From: Cyanophora paradoxa CCMP329
Lineage: Eukaryota > Plantae > Glaucophyta
DNA: 64,000 bases
Assembly (NCBI GenBank): GCA_004431415.1
Contig: QPMI01000502.1
Coordinates: forward strand, 124,001 to 188,000
Direction of reading: 5' to 3'
The translations under genes were made by a program, and so were the position numbers. Within the stretch, counting starts at the first letter, position 1. Every line of letters starts with the position of its first letter. Below the pieces are notes generated by a model. The model was not told where the DNA came from. It saw nothing but the letters and a program-made list of their open reading frames with translations, and did no database searches. Positions 1 to 10,545 of this stretch are shown here, piece after piece.

Positions 1-116
1 TTGGAGTTTTACTTTCTTAGTTGAGAGCTTCTTCTTTGCATCGTAAGTTAGTTTCGAATTCTTGCAATTGAGCGAGAACTTATTCTTTGCATTGTAACTT
101 TGATTTGAAGTTTGAA

Positions 117-188
117 GTTATTGCATTGTAGTAAAGATCTATTGAAGTGGAAGTTATTGCATTGTAATAAAGATCTATTGAAGTGGAA
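117..188. repeat. 36-bp tandem repeat x2 in AT-rich DNA
   Basis: GTTATTGCATTGTA(G/A)TAAAGATCTATTGAAGTGGAA occurs twice; related TTCTTTGCAT(C/T)GTAA units lie upstream. Confidence 0.8.
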
Positions 189-276
189 TTTGTGTGGAAT
201 CTGTCTACTGCAATTCCAGATCATCGGATCTCCGAGGCTCCTCCAACGTTAAGATATATATATCTAATGGAGAGGC

Positions 277-792
277 CTAGCTATAGGTCGTGCGCATGCT
301 GCGCCACGGCGACGGCGGCGCACGCGTGGGCGAATATGCATGCGCATGCGCACCCTGTTGCGCGCTGCAGGTGCACGTGATCACGCTGTCAGGCGCGATG
401 TGGCATGACGCAACGTCGCCACGAAGGCAGCAGCGCTCGAAAAGCTCGCCGAAATCCAAGAGCAGGTCGGCCTTGAGGTTGCCTAGCTCGACCGCTATCT
501 TCTTCCGCTCATTCTCCACCTTCGTCCGTTGGCTCTCCGATTTCTTCAGCTCGTCTTCGGTGCTCCGCAGTTTGCTTCCGGCGGAACTGCTTCTCTGCTG
601 ATGCTCTTGCAGCTGCGCTGCGAACTGCATTCTGAGCCTTCCGGCTTCTTTACGCAGCTCCTCGCACTTGCTGGATCTAGCGAACTCGTCCTCGTGCTCG
701 TCGAAAAGATGCTGCACTAGAGCAGACCCGTGTGCGAAGGCGTGGAGGCGCCGACACTCATCGAGTGGGCATCGGTAGAGTAGCTTGGGCAT
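277..792 (-). CDS. Hypothetical protein with N-terminal C2H2-like zinc finger and coiled coil (3' end may be spliced)
   Basis: CPLDECRRLHAFAHGSALVQHLFDEH followed by a heptad-rich, E/K/R-rich helix. Confidence 0.55.
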   Translation of the reverse strand: MPKLLYRCPLDECRRLHAFAHGSALVQHLFDEHEDEFARSSKCEELRKEAGRLRMQFAAQLQEHQQRSSSAGSKLRSTEDELKKSESQRTKVENERKKIAVELGNLKADLLLDFGELFERCCLRGDVASCHIAPDSVITCTCSAQQGAHAHAYSPTRAPPSPWRSMRTTYS

Positions 793-1239
793 GCCGTCGC
801 GTGTCGCGCGCTACTGCTGACGGTACCAGTCTGCTGCAGACTCACTGCGGAGGCCTGCTAGGCTAGCCATGCAGGCCAGCGAGTCAGTGGCAGCGAGTGC
901 CAGCGACGCGGCCGGGATTCGGTTCGTTTTTCTACAGGCTACAGCTGATCATGAGCATGTGCACGTGCGCATATACGTACCCGGGCTATTTTTTCCGTAG
1001 GCCTAAGTTCCTAGGAGCCTCTAACTGGCGAGTGGCCGGCGGCACTGGCCGCGTACGCCTCTAATAATATTATTGCAGAGCCCAAGTGGTGTTTCTGAAC
1101 GAGAGTAGCCTTGTGCATGTGATCCCTGCTCCATCTCCCCGGGCCGCCCCACGTTGCCTCAGGTAAAGGCATCGATATTGACGCCGACACTCCTCCTGGG
1201 ACGCTATCTTCGAATTCGAAGGGCGAAGGGGCCTCACTT

Positions 1240-3495
1240 CTTGCCGGAGCTGTAGTAGGGGTTGGTCGCCGGTTCTGCGGGATCGGCGGGCGTGAGACGA
1301 GCGCGGCGCGACACGTTGTGGGGAGGCGGGCGGGGCCGCACGCGTGGCCGGCTGCGAGTCTGCGGGCCCCGGCGTCACGAACGGGGAGGCGGGGCGAGGG
1401 GTTGCGGGGCGGCGGCTCACAGGCGACGGCAGTGAATGTCGGCTCCGCCGTTGCAGAGGTGTACCCCGGCGGCGAGTACGCGATGGCGCCCGGGGGCGCG
1501 TACGCTGCTGCTCCGGCCTGGGGGTACGCTGCCGCGCCGCCCTGGGCGTACGCGGCGGTCGCCGGGGGTTGCAGCGGGGCGCCACCGGCCTGGGGGTACG
1601 GGGTGGCGACGGCGGGGGCGTAGCCGCCGGCGGCGGTCGGGGGGTAGCCGTAGCCGGCCGGGGGCGCGTAGGAGACGGCGGAGGTTGCGGGGGCGTAGCC
1701 CTGCGGGGGAGGGGCGGGGTAGCCGATGGCGGTGCCCGGGGCGGGGCCCGGGCCCGGGGGCGGGGCGGCGGGGAAGGGGAGGGAGCCCGGGGCGCCCATC
1801 TGGGCGTAGGCGCCGGGCTTCTGAAGCTTCTTCTGGCGCAGGACGTAGGCCAGGATGCCGCACGGGCACGCCAGCAGCACGCAGCCCACGACGAGCAGGC
1901 CCGCCCCGATCCCTGCCCCCGCCTCAGAGCCCGCGCGCGGGCTGGGCGTCGCGCGGTCGAGCGCACCGAGCTTCTGGGCCGTCGTGAGGCCGAACCACAG
2001 GCTCTGCGCGGGCGGGCGGGCGGCGGGCGGGGCCTCGGCGGGGGGCGGGGCGGGGCGGGGCGGGGCGAGGGGGCGGGGGCGGGGCGGGGGCGCACGCCGC
2101 CGGTGAGGCGCCAGGCGACGACGAAGGGGTCGCGCTCGGAGCGGACCTCGAGGGGCATGCCGGGGTCCAGCGTCGCGTACGCCGCCGGGAAGGACGGCAT
2201 CGGCGCCGTCCACCGCTCCGGGTTCGACCCGAAGCACGCCGGGCCCGACGCGGCCGCCGTGAAGGCGGCCCCGGGGACGCCCCCGTCCGAGACCTTCAGG
2301 CAGTACGCCGTCGCCAGCATCGCCCGCTGGCACCGCCCGTTCACCCACTTGTACCCCGCCCCCTTGTTCTCGCAGACTGCCCCCCCGCGTCAGGCCGGCG
2401 GGGCGGGGCGGCGGGGCGGGGCGGGGCGGGGCGGGGCGCGCTGTAGGAGCAGGAGGTGGAGGAGGAGGACCAGCCGATGTTGTCGCACGAGTGCGTCTTC
2501 CCCGAGCGCCTGCACCGCCCCGGGGCTCGCGCGGCGGCGGCGGGGGGCAGGGGGAGGGCACGGGCGCGCGCACGTGTAGGTGAGGCTGGCGCGGGAGACC
2601 TCCTCGACGTTCACGGGGCGGATCGTCATCGAGGGGTACGGCGTCGACGGCTGCCGCCGCCACGTCGGGCATGGGGCGGGGGGCGGGGCGCGGGGGCGGC
2701 GGACCGGGGGCAGGGTGCTGCCGGGGGCGGGCCCGGCGGCGACGGAGATGGTGCAGGACATGGGGTTCGCGCAGGAGCCGCTCGACCTGCCGGAGGGCGC
2801 GGGGGGCGCTCGGGGCGGGCGGGGGCGCCGTGCGCGTGCGGGGAGGCGGGGGCGCACTCCAGGAGGAGTTGCTGGCTCCCGAGGACGCTGCCGGCCGCCA
2901 CGCGGTAGCGCAGGTGCGCGTAGTCCACCTTGATCTCCCCGTCCCCGTCCGCCGCCCGCATCGCCGCCGCGTCCGAGTTCTGCCCCCGGCCGCCCCTTCG
3001 CCCCGGCGAGCGCGGCGCGGGGCGGGTGGCGGGCCGGCGGCGCGGCGGGGCCCGCACGTCGGTGAGCGGGCTGGCGGCGACGCCGGAGTGCTGCGGGCCG
3101 GAGAAGGAGAAGGCGGCCGCGGCGAAGGCGGCGCGGTGGGTCGACTCCCACTCCGCCACAGCGACGTTCTGCGGGGCGCCGGCGGGTCAGGAAGCGGCGG
3201 AGAGCGAGGCGAGGATCGGACGCACATATGCCGCGATGTCGGCGCTCCGGCCATCTTGCGTCGCAGAGACCAGGAAGTAGATGCCGCCGCAAATCGCCGC
3301 TGCGCGCCGTGAGCTGCGCCGGCCGCCAGCGGACGCTTCCGTGCGGAGTCCGCACCTGGACCACCAACGAGGAAGAGGCAGATTACCGTGCAGACGCACC
3401 GCCCCAGCCGCTGCGAAGCGCGACCGTTGACAAGATTGGCGGCCAAGGTTCGAAAGGCGCGCCCAGACGGATCTAACGGATGGCATCCTAGGCAT
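1240..3495 (-). CDS. Multi-exon membrane protein: N-terminal TM, Cys-rich ectodomain, second TM, Pro/Ala/Tyr-rich tail (boundaries approximate)
   Basis: Exons read VICLFLVGGP/ICGGIYFLVSA, RCQRAMLATAYCLKV, VRSERDPFVVAWRLTG, GIGAGLLVVGCVLLACPCGILAYVLRQKK and YAPPAGYGYPP repeats; short GT..CTGAC..CAG introns. Confidence 0.55.
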
Positions 3496-3789
3496 CTAGA
3501 GATGATGGGCCGGCCGGGCTCGGAGCGCTCCGCGTAACCGTGGAAGCCCGTCGACGCCAAACTCCGGTGGATCGCGCCTAAAGCTTGCAGCTCACAGCCA
3601 AAAGCAACCAGCGCACCTCGCACGGCTCGCAGAGGCCGCCGCGGCCCTTCCCGGCGCCTTTGGCCATTTCGTGTCGAGCTGGAGTCCGGGTTCGATACCG
3701 GCCGGGCACACAAGTCGACCGTCGCAGCTCAAACGCCACAGAGGAGGCGCGCACGGAACCGTCGGACCGGCAAGGCGGATCCGGGGACG

Positions 3790-6700
3790 ATGGCGGGCTT
3801 CTCGGCGAACCCGCGCAAGCGCCGGCCCGCCCTCGGCCTGGCGGCGCTCCTGGCCCTCTCGCTGTGCTGCGCCGCGTTCGCGGAGAGCGGCAACGATGAA
3901 GACGAGCAGGAGGTCGTGATCCACGTCATGTCGCACAGGCGCGTTTCGTACGAATGCAGATTGCACGACGTCGTGGACCCGTCTAGATCCGCCGCGGCTG
4001 ACGCGCCCCCTCCCCCTCTGCAGCCACGATGACGTCGGCTGGCTGCGTACGCCTGACGAGTATTACGGTACGTACGCGTAGCGGGCTGCGCCGGCGGCTC
4101 GTCTCGCGCGGTCGATTGGCTTGCCGACGGCCCCCCGCCCTCCGAGCGCAGAGCAGGAGGTTCAGTACATCCTCGACTCGGTCACCGAGTGCGACCCCGA
4201 CCGCTTCCGCGGCGCCGGCGCGAACCGGCGGCCCAGACCGCCGACCGCGCTTGCCCCGCGCGCGCCCGCCGCGCAGGCAGCTCCTGGCGAACAAGGAGCG
4301 CAAGTACATCCAGGTCGAAGTGTGAGCGCCGCGCCGCGCAGCGCCGCGGACGCGCGCCGAGCGGGGCCCGAGCCGCGGGGGGGCGGCAGGGCGTTCTTCC
4401 GGCGCTGGTGGGAGGAGCAGGGGCCGGAGCGGCGGGAGCAGTTCGCGGGGCTCGTCCGCGAGGGCCGCGTCGAGTTCGTCCTCGGGGGTACGCGAGCACC
4501 CCGCCCCTCCCGGCCCCTCTCCGACCGACCTCCTCCCCCCGCCAGGCTGGGTCATGCCCGACGAGGCGACCACGTACGGTGCGGGCGCCCCGGGGCGGGG
4601 CGAGGGGCAGGGCCCCGCCTCACGCCGGGGCGGGGCGGGGCAGGGCCGCACCTGATCGACACGCTGACGTACGGGCACGCGTTCCTGCGGGAGACCTTCG
4701 GCGTCGTGCCGCGGCACGCCTGGCACATCGACCCCTTCGGCGCCTCCCTCGGCGTCGCCGCCCTCTACGCCGCCGCCGGCTTCGGCCGCGGCTTCGTCAT
4801 CAACCGCATCGACTTCCGCCAGAAGGAGCAGTGGGCCGCCCGCCGCCAGCTCCAGTTCCTCTGGCGCACCGACCCCGCCCACGCCGCCTCGCCCTCCGGC
4901 CCCGCCGACGCCGGCGCCTCCGACGGAACCGTCTTCGCGCACCTCCTCGACTCGCACTGCGCGTCCCCCGCGCTCACCCCCGAAGCCTCCCCCTTCTTCC
5001 TTGACCGGCCGCCGCAGACTGCACCCCGGAGGGATTCGAGTGGGAGCACGGGGTCAACCAGAACGTGCGCGCGCCCCCACCCCGCCCCCATCGCTGAAGC
5101 GGGACCGAGGGCGGGGCGGGCAGGTGATGGGGGGCGGGGCGGGCAACGGGGACGGGGACACGCCGATCGTCGTGAAGGCGCCGTCGGCCTTCAGCGCGGC
5201 GAACGCGGCGGAGCGGGCGGAGGCGTTCGTGGCCCTCGCGCGGGCCCGGGCCGCCTCGTACCGCACCCCGCACATCCTCATCCCCTTCGGCTGCGACTTC
5301 AGCTTCCAGAACGCCCTCATGAAGTACAAGGCGCGCCCCGGCCCCCGCGCCCCGCCCCCCCTTCCCGCCCCTTCAGCACTGACGCGCCGGCCCGCGCAGA
5401 ACATGGACCGGGTGAGTCCTCCATCCCTCCCCCGCCCCCTCCCCTCCACGCATTCGGGCTTAGATCTGACGCGGTGGCAGCTGATCAAGCACATCAACGA
5501 GAACAGCGCCAGCCTGCGGGCCCGCGCCCAGTACTCCGTCCGCCCCCACTCCGATCCGCCTCGCCGCTCTCGCGTACCCCCCGCCTGATGCGGGCCCGGG
5601 CAGACGCTGAGCGACTTCTTCGACGCTGTGCACGCCTGGCGGCCCCCCGCGCCCACCCCGGCCCCCGCCCCGGCCCCGCCCCCGGAGCCGGAGCCGGAGC
5701 CGGCGCCGGCGCCCCCCGCGGGGGTTTCGGACGCCCGCGGCGGGCGCCCGGCCTTCCCCTCGCCGGCCGAGCCGAGGACCCCCTCCGACATTTTCCCCAC
5801 CCTCACCGGTGGCCCCGCGCCCCGGGCGTGATCCACGCGCGCCACCACTCACGCACCCCCCCCCGCAGACCAAGACTTCTACCCCTACGCCGACGGCCCC
5901 GCCGCCTACTGGACGGGTGCGCGCGGGGCCCAATCAGGATGATATTATTTATTTTATTCCGTACCCCTCAAAGGGCGGCAGGCTACTTCGCTAGCCACGG
6001 GGCGCTCAAGGCGCTCGTCCGCAAGGCCGGAGCCGTCCAGCGCGCCGCCGAGGTACCCCCCTCCCTTTCCCCCCCCCTCTTTTTGGATGAATCTAGCGGG
6101 GTGCGTGCAGGGCCTCTTCGTGCTGGCGACGTGGGCAAAGGGATACACGGGGGAGGCCCCCGAGCGCATCGCCGCGGACCGCGAGGCGGGGTACCGCCTC
6201 CTCGACTTCGGCCGCGACGCGATCGCCACCGCCCAGGCACGCCCGTACCCCCTCCCATCCGACCCCCCCCTCGCTCAAGGGCCCCCAGCACCACGACGGC
6301 GTCACGGGCACCTCGATGGCCCGCGTCGTCGACGTGCGCCCTGTATCCCCGGCCCACCATCCTTCTCCCCCCGAGCGCCCCCGCAGGACTACAAGACGCG
6401 CCTGTGGAAGGGCATCGCATCCGCCAAGGAGGTACCCCCCCCCCCCCCCCGCCTTCACCCCTCCCTCGCACTGGGCCTCTCTGAGGGCGGGCAGGTGGCG
6501 AACGAGGGGCTGGCGCACCTGTGGGCGCTCCTCGCGCGGGACGAGGCCCCGCCCGCCGCCCCCGCCCGTGCGCCCCGCCCCCGCCGCCCGCGCCGGCCTC
6601 CCCGAGCGCTCCCCGCAGGGGCCCTCGCCTTCTTCGACACGCTCGACGCCGCCGCCGCCGAGCTGCCCTCCCCGCCCCGGCCTCCGTCCCCGCCGCCCCC

Positions 6701-8964
6701 GCCCCGCCCCCCTCCTCGCCGCCGCCGCGGCACCCGCGAAGGCCCTCCGCGGGAAGGGGCCCGCCAAGGGCGGGGCCCCGGCGCACGCGGCCAATGCGGG
6801 CCCCGTGCCGGGCGTGCCCATCGTCGTGTACAACTCTCTCGCCCACGCCCGTACCGCCGTCGTCGAGGCTCGTACCCCGCTCCCTTCCCCCCGATCCCCC
6901 TCTGATCCCCCCCTCAGGTAAAGCTGGCGCGGGCGGACGTGGCTGGGGTGCTGGACGCGGCGGGCAAGGCCGTCCCCTGGCAGCTCTCCCGCGACCCCTT
7001 CGCCGCCCCCGTGCGCCCTACCCCCGAACTCTCTCGCGCCGTGCACCCTTCTGACGCCGCGCAGGGGGCGCCGGCGTTCCGGCTGCACTTCCTGGCGCGG
7101 GATGTGGCGCCGCTGGGGTACGAGACGCACTTCGCGACCTTCGGGGGCAGCGCGGGCCCGACGCCCCACGAGCCCGTACCCCGCGGGGCGGCCCCCTTCG
7201 AGATCAAGGGCGACCGCGTCCGGTCCGCCCCTTCCCCTCTCTCCGGGGAGCCTCTGCCCCGCCCACGCCGCCCCGCCCCGCGCAGGGTGACGTTCGACCC
7301 GCGCACGGGCCTCTCCTCCGAGCTGCGCCGCGACGGGCTCCAGTTCTGCCTCGGGTTCCGCCAGGTGCGCGCCACCCGCCTCCCCCCGCCCCGCCCCCGC
7401 CCACGCCCCTCGCCGCAGGAGTTCGTGGCGTTCGTCGCCACGGAGGACCGCCAGCAGCCGTCCGGTGCTCCCCTCTCTGCCCCTCCCCGCCCCCGCTCCG
7501 CGCCCCTGACGCGCCGCAGGGGCCTACATCTTCCGCCCCGGCTCGCCGCGCCCGGAGCGGCTGCCCGGCCCGCCCCGCCTCCTCCGCATGCGGGGCCCCC
7601 TCCTCGACGAGGTCGTCCAGGCGAGCCGTACCCCCGCTCTCCGCGCTGATTCCCCCCCTTTCCTCCCCCCCCTCCAACTTCTTCCCCCCTCGTCCGCAGA
7701 TCTGGCCGGCCCCGTACGGGATTGTGCAGGCGACGCGCGTGTACCGGGGGGTACCCGAGACCGCTGTTGAGCTCGAGGCGCTCATTCCTCCCCCGCCCCC
7801 GGATGCCGAGGTGCCTTTCCCCCCCCACCTTCTCCCGACCCGCGTACCCCCCCGACGCCGGCGGCAGGTGGTGACGCGCATTGCGACGGACGACGGCGCG
7901 GGCGGCCACTGCGGCCCCGTCGACTCCCGAGACGTGCACCCGTACCTCCCCCCCCCCGAGACCCGCGCGCCCTCATCCTTTTTTCGGCGCAGTCGTTCGA
8001 GACGGACGCGAACGGGCTGCGGATGGTGCGGCGGCGGCGGAACGTGTCGCCGGTGTACCCCACTGCCCCGGGGGAGGCGGCGAAGGCCGCGGGGGCGGGC
8101 ATCGGCGGCCGCCCCGGCGACGCTGACGCCGGCGTCTCCGTCGCCGGTCCGCCCCCGTACCCCCGCCCCTCCCCCGTCCGCCTGACTCCCCCCCGCAGGG
8201 AACTTCTACCCGGCGACGGTGCGGGCGGGGATCCGGGACGAGCACGTGGAGCTCTCGCTGCTGACGCGCCGCGCGGTGGCGGCCGCCTCGCTCGCCCCGG
8301 GGGCCCTCGAGGCCCTCGTCGCCCGCCGCCTCGCCCGCGACGACTTCCGCGGCGTCCAGGAGCCCCTCAACGACACCGCGTCCGCCCCCGCCGCACTCAC
8401 TGTCCTCGCTTGTCCGCCTCCTCTTACGGCTCTCTTCTGCCGCAGGCCCGTGCACACGCGGCAGTGGGTGCTGGCCGAGCCGACGGGCGCCTCGCCCCTC
8501 GCGGTGGAGCGGGCGGCGCTGGCGCTGGAGTACCCCCTGCTGGCGCGCTTCGGGCCCGGGGTGCCGGACGTGAAGAGCTACGCCGAGCGGCACCTCGCCT
8601 CGCTCTCCTTCCGGGGCGCCCTCGCCCGGGCCCTGCCCCCGGCCCTCCACCTCCTCTCCTTCCACGCCGCCGCCCCGCAGCGCCCCCGGGCCCCCGGCGA
8701 GGCGCCCCGCGGCTGGCAGGCGGCCGTGCGCGTGCAGCACCTGGCGCCGCGGGGCGCGCCGGGGGGCCCGTCGCGGTGGACGTGGCGGCGCTGCTGCGCT
8801 CGCCGCTGCTGCCGCCCGTCGCCGAGGTGCGCGAGGCGGGGCTCACCCTCGCCGCCCCCGCGGGGCCGGCGGGGGCCGTCGGAGGTCCCGTCGACGTGCA
8901 CCCGGGCGAGATCCGCTCCTTCCTCGTCACCTTCGCCCCCGCCGAGCTCGAGGGGGCCTACTAG
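3790..8964 (+). CDS. Glycoside hydrolase family 38 (lysosomal/vacuolar-type) alpha-mannosidase, many short introns
   Basis: Signal peptide; spliced motifs VIHVMSH|SHDDVGWLRTPDEYY, GWVMPDEAT, AWHIDPFGAS (nucleophile Asp), FVINRIDF, PFGCDF, DFYPYAD..YWTGYF, QHHDGVTGTS, FETDANGL, GEIRSFLV. Confidence 0.92.
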
Positions 8965-10545
8965 GCTGTAGCTAGCCCGCCAAGTTTTGCAATTCAATTG
9001 CAACTGTCTCCGGCGAGCGATCCAATTTTTCAAAACGCGAAATTGTTACTTGATCATGACTCTGGAAAATGCGCATGCGAAATTCATTGAATAATGCATG
9101 CGCAGGCGTAAATAAGGCATGCGCAGCCTCTGCTCGTAGCAGGGGCCCGGTCATGACTTAAGCTTCATGGACCCGCGGCCGACTTACGCTTGATTATAAG
9201 CGCTAGCGCCAGCGCTAGCGCTAGCACTGCGCGGACTCATGATCATGCAAGGGCTAGCGCTGGGGGTGGCGCGGCGCGCGCCGAGCGCTAGCTCGAATTG
9301 CCGGGCGAGATCTTCCTTGCGGGCCCCGGGCCCTGCGCATGCAGCTGTGCACGTGGAGCGCTAGCTATATAGCTCGCGATCGGAGCTCGAGGCATGCATA
9401 TGGGGCGAACGTTAACGCGTACGTTAATTTATAACGTTAACGGCCGGGCCGCGCGCCCGGCGCCGGGCCGCGCGCGGGCGCTAGCGCTCTAGATCTGGGC
9501 CCAGGCCTGCAGCCGAGCGCGCGAGTTGGAGAGATCGCTGCGCCGGCGCTAGCGCTGTTGAGCGACGCTCAGCGGGCACCTCCCGGGGGGGGGGGCGGGG
9601 CGGGGGGGGTACAGCCGCGGTGCGGGGTCACACGATTCAGGTCGCGGGACCTTCGAGCATCTCAGTCGCCGTCCGAGCAAGCGCAAGCACACCGCAGGCA
9701 AGTCAGCAGACCAGCGAGCCGCCGACGGAGCCCAAGACCGCATTCGCCTAGGCTCCGCCGCACCCGAGGGATCACCCTGTGGCTCCAGGAGAATCCGCAT
9801 CGTTCGCCGACGTCATAAGCGGTTGTTAGGCACCCGCAAATGCAGCCTCGGCTTGCTCAACTCGGTGAGCGTGCGCGCGCCCCGAGTGAGCATTCGCGAG
9901 GCTCAGTCTTGCCTCAGAGTCAAGTTCACATGTCTAGGTGGACCCAAGGCGGCGCTGATAAGCATTCCGGCGACGGCGCAACCGGCGAATTCGAACGGGC
10001 CAGCCGCGCACCTGCCGCGTCGCTGCAGCTGCTAACGTTGAAGAAGATCTGCGTTGAAGTGCATACTCATCTTCCCGATTGCTCCATTCCGCATCCTGTA
10101 AACGCATCCGAGCCGTGTCCAGCCACAGCTAGCGCTCCAGCCCCTGTCTGTGTCATCGCTGCGCTTACAGGTGCGCCGGTTGCTTCGGTAATGGCCTTAA
10201 GCTTGCCTTTCGCCCGACTCTATTTTCTGAGCTCCTCTATCACAGGAAAGCCCCGCATCGAGCAGCGAGCAGCTAGTGCCGAGCTCGAGCTCGAGATGTC
10301 CGCCCTCACGCGAACGCTCAGCTCGTCCTCTGGGCGCGCAACTGGCGGCGCTGGGAGAGGATTCGGATCGAGCTCGGAGTCCCCAAATAAAGCATATGCG
10401 AGCCACGCAGACAGTGGCCCTCGTTATATAAAATTGCTACCGTTCCGCTCGAGCTCCGGCTCGGCTGCGCATGCAGCCGACGTTGCCCCATTCTCGAAAT
10501 CGTCAAGCGCTTTAACAGATCATTCCGGCGACTCAGGACACGCGG

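Noticed and set aside
90-210. Minus-strand peptide NSTSIDLYYNAITSTSIDLYYNAIT resembling an LRR
   Set aside because: Arises from the 36-bp AT-rich repeat; short, ends in stops, no gene structure, composition unlike local genes
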